A stretch of 64,000 nt of DNA, taken from Azolla caroliniana. Taxonomy: Eukaryota; Plantae; Polypodiophyta. Under the pieces are notes generated by a model, which saw only the letters and a list, made by a program, of their open reading frames with translations, made no database searches and was not told the DNA's origin. Positions 46,279 through 59,000 of this stretch are shown here, piece after piece. The position numbers and the translations under genes are program-made. The stretch lies in NCBI GenBank assembly GCA_043228905.1, contig JBHGNT010000006.1, positions 13,640,001 through 13,704,000 on the forward strand. The letters run 5' to 3'. The stretch's first letter is position 1; the number at the start of each line of letters is the position of its first letter.

Positions 46279-47094
46279 TCAATTAGTAGTGCGATCATTT
46301 ATGATCACTCGCCCGTCTCGGTAAAAGGCGCGATGGCCTTCTTTACGAGCTTGCATAACTCGTGGCGTACAACTCTTGCGATGCTCAATTTGCATCTTAG
46401 TGAGGTCTTCATCGAGATAGATGGGGTCCCCACCCATTCCTCGAAGGATTGGTCTCTTCTTAAAGAAAGTGATTCTAGAGTCTAAGTCTTTAAATTGAAG
46501 GACTAAAGCTCTCTTCCTAGTTGTGTCACACCCGGCCCTCCATGCTTTGGTGATAGGTAGGGCCTCTGTGTACCCTAACATTTTCCCAAGTGTTTGTGCA
46601 TCCTCATTTGGGGATGCACCTTCCTTGAGCCCAGTGACACGTACATTTAAGCGTCGGGCCTGACGCATTTTCTCTTCTTCAAGGGTGGTATTAACAATAT
46701 TTTCATCTTTTATTTCTTTTTTAATTTTTCTTTTAACCACATCTACCCAACCTGTTTTAGCTAGCTCTATGTTATTATTAACTTCCTCTAAATTAACTTT
46801 TTTAATTTCGTCCTTTATATCCTCTATAGAGGATATTTCACCGTCTTCTCGAGATACCTCAATGTCCTTAAGTTGTTTTTTAAGGTCGGTGTTTTCCACT
46901 TTAAGTTGTTCTATTTCGGCTTTGAGGGCGTCTTTTTCCTCTCTATCTTTTTTCTTATGGGTTTCGACGTCTTTCACCCATTTTTTCATATCCATCTCTA
47001 TTTTTGTTAAACGATTAAACATATCTAAAAAGTCCTCCTTACTTATAGCCTCATCTTGTATATCCTTATGTTCCTTAGTTCGTTTAGACGTCAT
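46279..47094 (-). CDS. LINE ORF1 (coiled coil plus L1-type RRM/CTD)
   Basis: Intact 271-aa ORF with RRLNVRVTGLKE and IYLDEDLT motifs. Confidence 0.88.
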   Translation of the reverse strand: MTSKRTKEHKDIQDEAISKEDFLDMFNRLTKIEMDMKKWVKDVETHKKKDREEKDALKAEIEQLKVENTDLKKQLKDIEVSREDGEISSIEDIKDEIKKVNLEEVNNNIELAKTGWVDVVKRKIKKEIKDENIVNTTLEEEKMRQARRLNVRVTGLKEGASPNEDAQTLGKMLGYTEALPITKAWRAGCDTTRKRALVLQFKDLDSRITFFKKRPILRGMGGDPIYLDEDLTKMQIEHRKSCTPRVMQARKEGHRAFYRDGRVIINDRTTN

Positions 47095-47491
47095 TGTGGT
47101 GTCAATAAGAAAAAAAGGTAAAATAGATGGGTCCGAGACTTACCCGAGTTTGTGTGTATGTCGCAATCACATCGGCATTTTGTAGCACGCGACGAGCACA
47201 CCAAAAGAACCCACCCACGAACTCGTCAAGAAAATGGCACTTCACAACGTCAAGAGAAAACGGAGAAGAAACACCCCGCGACGGTGACGGTGATGGCGGC
47301 AGTCGTCAAACGACGGCAAACGACAGCTGTAGACGACAGAAGACGGCTGCAGACGGTAGCAGACGGTGACAGCAGCAGATAGCGGTAGTCGTCAGACGAC
47401 GACAGCAACAGTCGGCAGCAGACAACAGCTGTAGACGACGGCGACGGTGACGACAATAAACGGCGACAGCAATGGCAGAAAGAGCCATTAC

Positions 47492-47497
<6 letters not shown>

Positions 47498-47570
<73 letters not shown>
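47498..47570. repeat. (GA)n microsatellite
   Basis: Perfect dinucleotide run of about 36 units. Confidence 0.98.
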
Positions 47571-47574
<4 letters not shown>

Positions 47575-47849
47575 GAGGATGGTGGGGTGGGGAAGGGATT
47601 CAAACCATGGCAATGAGATATGTCGATAAACCCAAGAATTGAACCATTGTCTAGGCTATTTTAGGAACCCTTCCATAAAGCGAGAGGAAAGGATGGAACA
47701 TAGGGTTTGCAAGGGATGAGGTAGATGAATTGAGCAAACAAGGAGTTATGCGATGGATGGATGAGATGAGGTAAATGTAAATAAGGAACGATCTAGAAAT
47801 GGTGCAAGAAAGGTACTAGACTATATAGGATTTTCATGGGGTGAACTTG

Positions 47850-47922
47850 GCCGGCCTAGCTCAGTTGGTAGAGCGCAAGGCTCTTAACCTTGTGGTCATG
47901 GGTTCGAGCCCCATGGCCGGCG
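47850..47922 (+). tRNA. tRNA-Lys (CUU)
   Basis: 73-nt cloverleaf: acceptor GCCGGCC/GGCCGGC, D arm GCTC/GAGC, anticodon stem CAAGG/CCTTG with CTT at 47883-47885, T arm ATGGG-TTCGAGC-CCCAT. Upstream TATATA and downstream TTTT. Confidence 0.95.
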
Positions 47923-48509
47923 GGAATATTATTTTACTAGTGAAGTTGCTTCTTTTAAGCAATTTTAGTTCTTATGCCATGGACTTTATTTTAGCTACAC
48001 TAGTTACACCGCCGTTCGCGAAGATGGACATAGGAATTGGGTAACCACAAAGAAAGAAAGAGCGACAGTATCCATATGTGAGAACTCTTGACATTATCGA
48101 ACTAGGGGCATGGTAGGGTAGGTAGGTAGTCATTGTTGTCGTCGTAGTAGTAGTAGAATACCTGGGAGGTGTGGGTGGCACTTTCGTCCACTCACCGTTC
48201 TTTCAAAGTGGCCTATGATATGTATATATTGTGTCACGTGTGTGTGTGATAGATACCTCCCTCACAAAGAATAAATGGAGATGATGGTGTGTTGTTTTTG
48301 TCCATTAAAGTGGCCTATGATATGTGTGATGCCTCACAAAGAATAATTAGGGATGATGGTTGAGATGGGATGGATCCTTCCTTAGTGGCATCTCTTTCGA
48401 TATGTGTCCACCCACTAATGTTTTTCTGACAACCAACATTTGTGCTTTGAAAGTTTGGGGGTTTTGCCAGTTATGCTTGCATTTCATGTCCAACAAAACG
48501 AAGAAACGG

Positions 48510-48542
<33 letters not shown>

Positions 48543-48932
48543 TACATACCTCCCCCTCCCCTCCCTCCACAAACACCATCATTCAAATTTCACACCCGTT
48601 GTGCCTTAGTTCTTCTTTTGTTCGTGGTTTGGTATTCGCATTATTTGTAGTACATTAGCTTAGCATGGAGGGAGGAGGATAGCAATGCCGTGTTATGGAG
48701 TTACAACGCATACATAATACTACTGATACAACAATATGTATCATCGGCGACATACATACAAATTTACAATATGTACATACATACATACATTACAATTTAC
48801 ATATGTTACATGTATAATGTACATATATCCAGAACACATGAATCTGTTGCCTCCATCCTCCTCTTCCTCTTCTTCGTCTTCCTTTCATTTCCAAGTTCCC
48901 ATCATCATCACCATCCATCCATCCATCCATCC

Positions 48933-49767
48933 ATGGCTGCTGCTGGCATGTCATCATTATTACAAGGTCTGGAAGCTTCGTCCGCCATAGCCTCTACCTC
49001 TACCATTCTCCCTCCTCCTCCTCCTCCTCCTCATCTTCCTCGTCTTCTTCTTGGAAGAAGAAGAAGAAGAAGAATCCAAAACATGTCGTCATTCTTCTTC
49101 GCGCCACCATGGCCAGCCCACATGCTCACATTCTCCTCCTCATCGTCGACGCCTTTGAATGTACAGGCTTTCGCCTCGAAAGTGACCAAGAAGAAAGGAA
49201 AACAGGGCTCTTCTTCGTCCAGAGACTGGAGCTATGAGCACCTCATGGTCATCTGGGATGAAATATTCGAACAATGTTGTTGTGATACAGCCAAATCTTC
49301 TCGTATCAGAGATCTTGCAGAGAAAGGTCTGAGACTCCATGGCCGTGGCTGTGTCTTTGTCGTTCAAGAAATTCAGACTATTCCTCGTGGCTCAGGTTCT
49401 GGCTTCACTTCCAAACCTCCGAGATCTTCTCGCAGGGTTCCTGAATTCATTACTTTGGAGTTTTCTGCTGCTTACTTGCCTAGGGAATTCCTTCTTAATC
49501 CTTCAAAGGCTCCTCTTCTCAATGAGGAAGATGATAATGATGATCATGAAGGAAAATCCAGGGATCATTTGTCAAATGTTGCCGACATGAAGAATCATGT
49601 AATTGACATTACCAAAGAGATCGATGTTAATGAACTGATCTCTGATGATGCTAATGCCCAACTGATCTTTGACGATGAAGAGATATCTGGTAGTGACGGT
49701 GAAAATGATGCCTTTATGCAAATTATTGGCTACAATGAGCAAGATGCAGCTTCCATTCTTGGTACCG
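48933..49767 (+). CDS. Exon 1 of an uncharacterised, probably plastid-targeted protein (490 aa over 3 exons)
   Basis: ATG in CCATGGC context; Ser/Pro/Arg-rich transit-peptide-like N-terminus; phase-1 donor G|GTGAG. Confidence 0.8.
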
Positions 49768-50482
49768 GTGAGTTTTCTTCGATTATTAGTTAGGATAAGA
49801 AAGCATGAACAGCTATGTAACAAAAATATACTGACAATTTTGATGCTGAACTATCAGCATGAACAGATATATAGCAGAGCTTTACAACATTTATAAAACA
49901 TTCTTATAATATTTTGCATTAAACATACAACATTCTTATAATACCGTACAATAAACATACGAAATTCTTATTATACTATATGGTTAGGATTAAAACATTC
50001 TTATAATACTATAGAATACATCTTCATAACAGTCTAATATACGATAGTGTTAACGCCCAACATTTTTATCATGAACAGCAGTCTTATACTGCTTTGTAGT
50101 AATTACACCTTTTTCTATCATATAAAACATTCTACAAGATTATATACATGATAAATATTCAATATTCTTACAATACGGTACAGTAAATATACAACATTTA
50201 TATGAGTAGATGCAACATCAATATGCTACTATACAGTAGATATATAATTATTCTTATGTATATCCCGCAAATATACAGTATTTTTATGATATGCAACTTT
50301 CTCAACGCACTGTACAGGAAATATTTAACATGCTTACGTATTATACCGTAAATACACAGTATTTTTATGAAATGCAACTTTCTCTACGCACTGTACAGTA
50401 AATATGTAGTAAATACACAGTATTTTTATGATATGCAACTTTCTCTATGCACTATATAGTAAATAGGTAATGCTGTCATGCT

Positions 50483-50733
50483 ATGTTACAGTCTTATAAA
50501 ACTATGCACTAAACTTACAATATTTTTATGATATATGCCATTCTTATAGTACTTTGCAGTAAATGCACGGCAGTTATATAGTATACACATTCTTATGTTT
50601 CATGATTATGTTACAGTCTTATAAAAACTATACACTAAACATACAATATTTTTATGATATATGCCATTCTTATAGTACTTTGCAGTAAATGCACGGCAGT
50701 TATATAGTATACACATTCTTATGTTTCATGATT
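50483..50733. repeat. ~125-bp tandem duplication in intron 1
   Basis: ATGTTACAGTCTTATAAAAC...TTATGTTTCATGATT occurs twice, nearly identical. Confidence 0.85.
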
Positions 50734-50784
50734 ATGATGAGGGTGTGCCATGTGGTAACTGATTTGGCAAATACTTCTTTGCAG

Positions 50785-51044
50785 GCTATAATACCATGCA
50801 GCGCGATGATTCCTTGCTTGTGTTTGATGAAGATGACAAACATGAAGTTGCTGCTGTTGTGGAAGCTGATGATTCTCTCCCCATTTTTGAGGAGGAACAT
50901 GATGAAATTATAGCTACTGCTAAGACAGAAATACACCATTCCAGAGGTATTCCGGATGTTACCGAATCAGTGAATGATATCTTGGACGACTCAGAAGCTA
51001 ATACAGATTATCAAGATACTGCAATTGTCCGCATCAGTTCTAAG
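50785..51044 (+). CDS. Exon 2 of the same gene (acidic segment)
   Basis: TTTGCAG acceptor; frame matches exon 1; phase-0 donor AAG|GTTTG. Confidence 0.8.
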
Positions 51045-52724
51045 GTTTGTCATTTTTCACCCAATTCTTCATTATATGATTGATTATTATAGGTGATTTC
51101 ACAAAATCCTTGATTGCTCATTATGTTAGTGATGCATTCCAAGCTTCTTGAATGTTCAATACAGTATGATAGTGCTTTTACCAAATTCTTAATATTTTTA
51201 CATATTATGCTAGAGATTGCATCAAAGTTATTATTATTTAACGCATTATGTTAGCGATTTCACCAATTTGTTAATGGAATATAATATTTTAGGTGATGGA
51301 TTCTATATGACTTCCTATGCAACAGTTAAAGCTTCCCAATTCTCTTCAGTTACATTATCAGTCATCATATATAATACCATAAGTCTAGGTGTCCATCCAG
51401 AAATCCATTTAAGAAAGTTTAGTACCTAAAGTGATGAACAGAGGTCATAAAATATGACAATGAAAAAGCATAAACGTCCATGGTAGATTTCTTCAAGCAT
51501 TTCAAAGGTTTTCTCGTTTCAATGTAACATGTGCAGTAGACGCGCCCATATTATTTTGCTTGAAAAGTTTGTTTTTCAATATTTCTACTGTGTTTGTTGT
51601 CCATGACCATATCTTGGAATTCTCTATTCCTCTTATCAGGTCAATGTTAATTTTTTAAAGATTAAGGTTAAAATTTTGTGGTCAGTTTTATGTCAGGTTT
51701 CTTGAGAGAGACATAGTATATGCTTTTAATTTCAAGCTCCTGTAGTGCACAATTGGTGTGACATGTGCCCTAAGCAATATTGATTGGTCTTGGGGGTGAA
51801 TTACTAGTATGAAATAATAGTATATGGGCAAGGTGGATTACCCATTTGCGTGAGCAGCTTCATGAAGACACACCAAAGTTGTTCTCATGTATTTGATTAC
51901 AATGTACTTGCTTTTGCGATCATAATCAGTATTTTTATTAAAAAACCTGGACTTTAGCAGACTTAAGGTTAAAGGTTAGTAGTACCTTTAGTCTCACTGT
52001 TCGTATGAAATAGGTTACAAGTGATTTACTCCGTTGCTTTCGAGTGCATCTTGCCTTTCATAATGTAAGTATCTAGAGTGCAACTGCTCATAATTTTTCC
52101 TGCAGAAATCATCTGTCGATTGCTTGTCTAAATAGGGGAATTGACCTTCCATTTTGATGATTGTGGTTTTTATCAAGCTTGGCGATTTGTCATCTTATAT
52201 ACAAAAATCTCTTCCTACATAATATTTTTGTCTTTGTTGGAGCATTCAATCGTTGGTTGGTGTTACTCTAGGTTTAAGAAAGACTCAGTGTTATGATATT
52301 TCTAGTAAGATATAATCACGTGTGGGTACCTTGATGTAAACATAAAAGCTAACCTCCTATTTATGCAAAGGATTCATTTTATATATATGTCGTTCTTTGG
52401 TGTTTGAGATTTACCAATTTATGCTAATTTAGCATAGTTTTCTCTTTCTTCCAATATATTTTGGACCTGTAACATATTTGACTATGATGTGTACTTGTTC
52501 TACTAAAAAGTTACTCTCTGAAACTCTGAGGGATCACAACGCTACCACTTCAGCTCTCACCATTGCTGTCACATTCACGTTTTGTTTGCAACATGTTCAC
52601 CACTAGTTACAACTCATTTTCATTCCACACTGAACCGATTCTTGCCATTATTCTCCATCCTCCTGATGAAGTTTTTGTCAACCTTGATTGAAGCTCTAAA
52701 TTCTAGCTGCAAATGTTGTAGCTA

Positions 52725-52978
52725 GGGCAGGCTCCCACTCTTGCCAATACAGTCTATATATGACATCGATGTACTTAACTAGACCTATGAGGGTTAGCAC
52801 GATCTGATCTTTCTTGGATTTTTTTTTTTGTGTTTTTCTATTTCCATTTATGGGCAGGCTCCCACTCTTGCCAATACAGTCTATATATGACATCGATGTA
52901 CTTAACTAGACCTATGAGGGTTAGCACGATCTGATCTTTCTTGGATTTTTTTTTTGTGTTTTTCTATTTCCATTTATG
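52725..52978. repeat. ~127-bp tandem duplication in intron 2
   Basis: GGGCAGGCTCCCACTC...TTCCATTTATG occurs twice, differing in T-run length. Confidence 0.92.
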
Positions 52979-53145
52979 AAACTTCTGGAATCTGTAATTA
53001 AAAACCTTGTTGAGGCAATGTCATTTGTTTTCAGGAACATTTTAGTCCTGTTAAGGTATTTAATTCTATATGATGGAAATTTGCTGCTTCCAATCATGTT
53101 CTCATTTTTCTCTTGTTTCAATTTATATGCATGTTGAACTTGCAG

Positions 53146-53523
53146 TCTGATAAGGCCGTGGAAAATCAAGTAGCAGCTGAAGGGGATCATGTGGATTTGA
53201 TACACCGAGAAAAACTTTTCTTGTCTATGAAAGGGATGGATCTTACCAGACTTCTCAGTTTAACTGCGAACTTCGATTTTGAAGCAGCAAAATCTGGCCG
53301 CAGCAATAAGAAAGCACTTGTTGATATGAAAACAATGGATGCTGGTGGTGAAGATCCATACAATCCCGAGAATGGTGAACTAGTATTGCTGCTTCATGTA
53401 GTTATTGACAAAAGGCCAACATTTGGAGCAGATGTTGTGATAGCCTACAAACATGACATTCCCAATGCTGTTGGTGATGAAGAAACACATTCTTGGAAAT
53501 TGAAGTTGAAGTGTCAGATTTAG
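53146..53523 (+). CDS. Exon 3 (terminal) of the same gene
   Basis: CTTGCAG acceptor, phase 0, open to TAG. The three exons total 1473 nt. Confidence 0.8.
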   Translation, partial: SDKAVENQVAAEGDHVDLIHREKLFLSMKGMDLTRLLSLTANFDFEAAKSGRSNKKALVDMKTMDAGGEDPYNPENGELVLLLHVVIDKRPTFGADVVIAYKHDIPNAVGDEETHSWKLKLKCQI

Positions 53524-56064
53524 GAGTTTTTTCTTATTATTCTTGACCAAAATGCTTGCATATTGTTCAGTTGTTTCCATGTTTCACAGTGGGATGCATC
53601 ATCTTTCTTGTGTTTCTGTTAACCACGTGTATGACACGATTCGTATTATACGACCAAAAAATATCCCAATACCTGAGATAGTGTCCATATCATTCTTATG
53701 GTAGTATATTTTGCATTTGGTGCTTGATGTCAATTTAAAAAATTCTTGTATAAAATTCAGATGGCTTGATTATTCTTCATTCTTAAGCATGTCTACAACA
53801 TATGGTATACCCTTGTACCCTTGCAGTTACATTTTTTGGGCTTCAGTACACAAGCTTCCTTGATGTGTCCCCTTCCTAAGAAGGGATATTTGTACTTCGA
53901 AGCACAATGTCTCTGTGTAAGACACACAAGAGTACAACATTCTAAGTGGTGTATGAAGCATAATGTGTCTATCGTAGTATGAACCATACGTACATTTGCA
54001 TTCGTGAACGGTTCAATCATTCGAGTATATGGTAAACAACCTCAAAGAATGATAAATACCATACTTTGAATTAACTGTTTATTATGAGGTAAATAAACCT
54101 AAAAAAAGGAAAAAAACAAAAAAAACCTTAAAAAAAGGGGAAAAAAAACAAAAAAAAAACACAAAAAAAACACAAGAATGTTTGAATAACATTGGCATTC
54201 GTTTTCAAACGTAGGAAAATGAATGTTATGCTAGATCCACACGAATTTTACGTACTATGGTCTCTATGTGTGAATAAGGCATACACATGAGCACAAGCGT
54301 CTAGTTGGTGTCTTAAGTATAACATTGAAGTTATCACCCCTCTTATTAAGTCATCATAACTTTCACGAACTGCACTATATGTTGAGCATGTAAAAAGCAA
54401 GTGATATGCATCGTCATCTAGGCGTTCATCACAAACTTTATGTACCTTTGTATTTGACGTATTTTGATGCCATGATGAAATATCAATACCTTGCTTGTGT
54501 AATCAAAAGTGAAGGAGTGTGAGGATTCTACGAGAGTTAAAACTCATATTGGTGATGAGATAAATTTGAATGTGGCAAGTAAGTATTCTTGCCTTAAATT
54601 GAACCCAACATTTTCCTTTGGAGTATTGTAACTAGATTGGTAGTTCAACTTGACGCTTCGCTCGTCGTTTATATCGTTGTTCGAGTTTGAGTCTGATTTG
54701 AATGCCGAAAAGGCGCCCGAATCCCCTACCCCAGTTGCTGAGACTGCAATATGGTTTCGGCATCGACAAAGTTTGTTAGGCTGCTTTCATCATCAAAACA
54801 ACGTTGATTCTATATCCGAATTGTTTCTTCCGCGACCCTCCGAAGCGTTCTTGGAAAGGAACAATCCTACTGAATCTCCTCAACCGCTTGCTAATACGCT
54901 TCCCATCTTCGCAGTCTATTGGCTAGTCTCCTCACTCGTTTGGCTACTGGGTCCTTTGTTTGTCTAGACGACATCCATCTCCATCGTTCACTGCTCCGTG
55001 TAGAAATCGTGGTTGCCAAAATTGTGTGGATCCTGAACTAATCGTAGTCGCAAACACAAGTATTCCCTTCCCGGAATACTCCCCAAAGCTGTGGTTGGAG
55101 GGATGGGTTTATACATACATACGATTATAGGTATCCGATTATGTTCCGGTACGCATACACAATATCTTATTACGAATTAATACGCGTAAGATTATAACAT
55201 ACGAGTGCAGAAGGCAAGTACACAGGATAGACACCAAAAATTTATATTACTCGCACTTGATACATACAATATGGACTCCTTATATAGGTAGCCGACAAGG
55301 ATAAAAATCGGTGCCTACACAATCCGATGCAGCTTCGGATTGGTACATCTGTTCGGATCCGTCATTACTTAATATAATATTCCTAATTATCCACTATTCG
55401 GGACACCGGTGCATACACTTCTCTAGGCAACATAGGTATCCTTGCAACCCCTAAGTTAATTAAAAAGTATTATGAGAATCCCGTGTTGGTTAGTTGAACT
55501 TGCTCATATAATCATGCAATATCAACTCAATATTCTAATGACATGCCGATTTCCACCATTCTATTTAAATTTCATCTTGTTGCTCCAAGAGATCTACACT
55601 CCCAAATGTACTATATCAAGAGTTTTTTTGAAATGAATAGAACAAAAATAGAACGTTTTTCCTTGTGGTAAACTTTTTTCCATAATCACTCTTAATATGC
55701 CCCTAACGAAATCACTAATTTTGGTGAGGTTGTATGGTTCATGGGGATATGCCCCTAACAAAGCCACTCAAAATATTACATTCTAGGACTCAAGTTTTTT
55801 AGAGTCTATCTTGTATGGGCCCTCCATGATTACTTATGGGTGATTTTAACTTTTGTGTTAATGCATCTCAATCTATGTCATAACATTCAATCGTGGATGA
55901 TCTTGAGAAAATTGTTTGGGTTTCATTGGCTATTGAGGTTCTTAAGTTGGATGCATGGATGTGATGGTGTGTGAATGATCCAAGTTTTACCTTCCAATTT
56001 GTAGAACATAGACAAACATGGAGTTAGCTAAATATAATGTATATGATGCATGATTATTCCTTTT

Positions 56065-59000
56065 TGTAAAGAACCAGATATGATTCTGTGCAGCGGAAGA
56101 GATGTGTGTTATGTGTGTGTGTATGTGTGTAAGAAAGAAAGAAAGACATATTAACGTCTTCTTAAGGCCAAAATTGGCCCATGAGACAATTGGTTTACAA
56201 CAAAATGGGTATTTATCCAATCATCAGAACTAAAATAAAATAAAGTAAAAATAGAACTTAAACTAAAAGAGTTCTAGTAGTGTACAAAATGTGGTATACT
56301 CGATAAAAGGAAGTGACCTTGCACTAAGCCTAATTTCATTTTCACCCAAGCCTCTAAAAAAGAAGTGGGGGGTCAAAGGGTTTTGGTGTGGGTGTGAACC
56401 ATGGTCTCAGTGTATAGAGTGCCCCAACCATGACTTCTAGGCGGTGTAGCTCACGTTCCCTTATTTTCAATATTGTTTCTACACCACGTCGAGTTGCTTT
56501 GAAACCCGACATCCGAGGCCGTTTGGTTCTTCTTTGGTTTTCTGCTTCATCAAGGAAAAGGTTGGTATGTCAACATTTGTTGTCTCCCCATGTTCCGGAA
56601 AAACTTCATTTCTTACATGTTGGTGAACATTAACAACATTATGTAACTTATTCTCTTTGTGTTGTTTTAGCTCTAGGATGTATCTGCCTAATTTCTTTAT
56701 ATCTAGAGTATCTAATAGTTTGGGGAGGGTAGGAGAGGAACCAAGTATGTCTTGGTATTTTCCCCTTATCTCGGCGTAAGTGGGACACTTGCATGTAAAG
56801 TGGTACTCATCCTCTATCTCTATGTGACATAACCTACATATCCTTTCCTCCCTAGGGACTCTATTAGTACGGCCATCCTCAATCTCAAGTTGGTGAGATG
56901 ATATTCTAAGTTGTCCAATGGCAAACCTTAGTGCATGTGGTAAGAATACATCTAGATATTTTGGCCGCGTAATAAAACCTAACTTAGATAAGTGCATTAA
57001 ATGTTCCTTATAGTACAACATTTTAGGTGGGACTGGCTCTAGTGGGGTGATCCATTTATGCCAAGTGTAAATTTGCCATATTTCTTGGCATTTTACTTTA
57101 TTGCGGTCCTCATGAGAGATTAAAGTGTTACCAATCGCGTGCTTGTACCTAAGGGGAGGGAGGTTATTAATGTCTAGACCATTCGCAAGAAGCCAACTCA
57201 CCATCATGCCATACCATGAGCTAGTATAGCCGGACTCATACAATGATCGAGAGGCCTTAAAGGCTTGATGGGATATTCTATCATGTGGTTGGCTATGTAT
57301 CTTGTGGATAAAGACTACAAGTTGAAAAAGTGCCTCTACTAACATTAGGGGTAAAGTGAACTCAACCCTAATAATGTCATGTGATATTGTCGATTTGCTT
57401 CATAGTTGGTGTGATAGCATTATCACCAATGGTCTCTCTAATTGCGTCCACATGAAAGATGGTAGTCCTAAAGCCCAAACCATTCATGCATACATGAGGG
57501 AGGGAGTCACTAATGAGTCAAAGAGACACCTTTTAGTCCGTAGCTCTTGAAAGTATGCTTGACGGCATTGTCTCTCGAGGTGTGAGAGGGATGCATGTCC
57601 TCTCGTAAGTCTATCCTTCACTGCTTGTGTCATCGAAAATTTACCTAAGCAGGCACTGAAAGTGACTCCGAGATAGACATATGATCCAACCACCTCAACT
57701 GAGCTATGGGAGATAGTTAGGTGACACTTAGTTCTTACTTGGGCTGATGTGTGGAAGATAAGGGCGCTTTATATAAGGTCACCATCTCTCTTCATTAACT
57801 CGTGCTACAACAAGCACACTCTCTTGGGCAATGTGGAGACTCATTAGTCATGGGGAATATGAAACTCATTAGTTATGTGTAATAGAATATGATTCTATGA
57901 CACATAGTTAATGTGTAGAGAGTAGTGGTGTGACTTTTGACCCGTGACTGCTCATAGATTATCAACGGGTGTGTTCACACACAAGACTAGGTTGACCTTG
58001 ATTCTCAACACACCCCCTCAAGCTCAACTGGGCCAGCTCCTTTCGGTTGATGTTTGCTTCAGCTAGTATCCAATTCGGACAATATCCGGTGTCTGCTTCG
58101 GGTAGTACCCGGTTCAGACGGTATCCGTTTCGCTCTTGTACTCCCCCTCAATCTTCACAAGTTAGGGATCATCAATCCAAGGTTTGACATGAATTGCCGA
58201 AGCTTGACAGCTCCTAAGGATTTGGTGAAGAGATGTTGGATGTTTGAAGATGCATGCTGATGTGTTGAAGATTGACATCTCTTGCCTGAACGCGCTCTTG
58301 AATGAAGTGATAGTGCACTTCAATATGCTTCGTGCGTGCATGGAACACCGTGTTCTGAGCCAAATAAATACTGCTCATGTTGTCGCAGTAGAGGGGAGTC
58401 AGATCCTTCAAAATCCTCTTGAACCATACAGCTTCACATGCAGCCACGACAACACCCCAATATTTGGCCTCTTTGCTTGAAAGTGCAACAATCGGCTGTT
58501 TCTTTCTACTCCACGAAATCGCTCCACTGCCGAGGGAGAAAATAGATCCGGAGATCGGCTCTATAGCCGGCCCAGTCAGCATTTGTGTACCCTTTGAGTC
58601 GAATTGGTGTGACCGATTCATAGAGAATACCACAATCCATTGTGCCGCTCACGTATCGTAATACTCGTTAGCACAATCCAAGTGAATGTCTCGTGATTTT
58701 TGCATGAATTGAATGAGGAGACTGACCGGGTAGCTAAGGTCGGGTCGAGTGATCGTGAGATAGATGAGGCTCCTGATCAGTTGTCGATACTAAGTCGGCT
58801 CACACTCTTCTGTGCTGGAGTTGACATCAAGTTTGAGATTTCTATTGAGAGGGGTTGCAACTGATTTACACTCAGTCATCCCGAACTTGTATAACAAGTT
58901 AAGGATGTAGTGTCTTTGGGAGATCATAATGCTGGCTAGAGTTCGAATTACTTGATGCCAAGGAAGTAATGGAGCTCCTTCATGTCCGTCATCTCGAATT

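Larger units (their letters stand above)
42333..47226 (-). mobile_element. RTEX/RTE-like non-LTR retrotransposon, copy 2 (near full length; 5' boundary uncertain, may extend to ~47490)
   Basis: (GAAA)n tail at 42333-42356. ORF1 intact and ORF2 with few lesions. Candidate TSD CAAGAAAATG at 42323-42332 and 47227-47236. Confidence 0.9.

Noticed and set aside
47127-47629. Short ORFs with RE/SL repeats
   Set aside because: They arise from the (GA)n microsatellite and GAC/GGC-rich UTR-like sequence.
48690-48932. N-terminal extension of the 367-aa ORF
   Set aside because: GTG start running through (TACA)n and (CCAT)n simple repeats; the ATG at 48933 has the better context.
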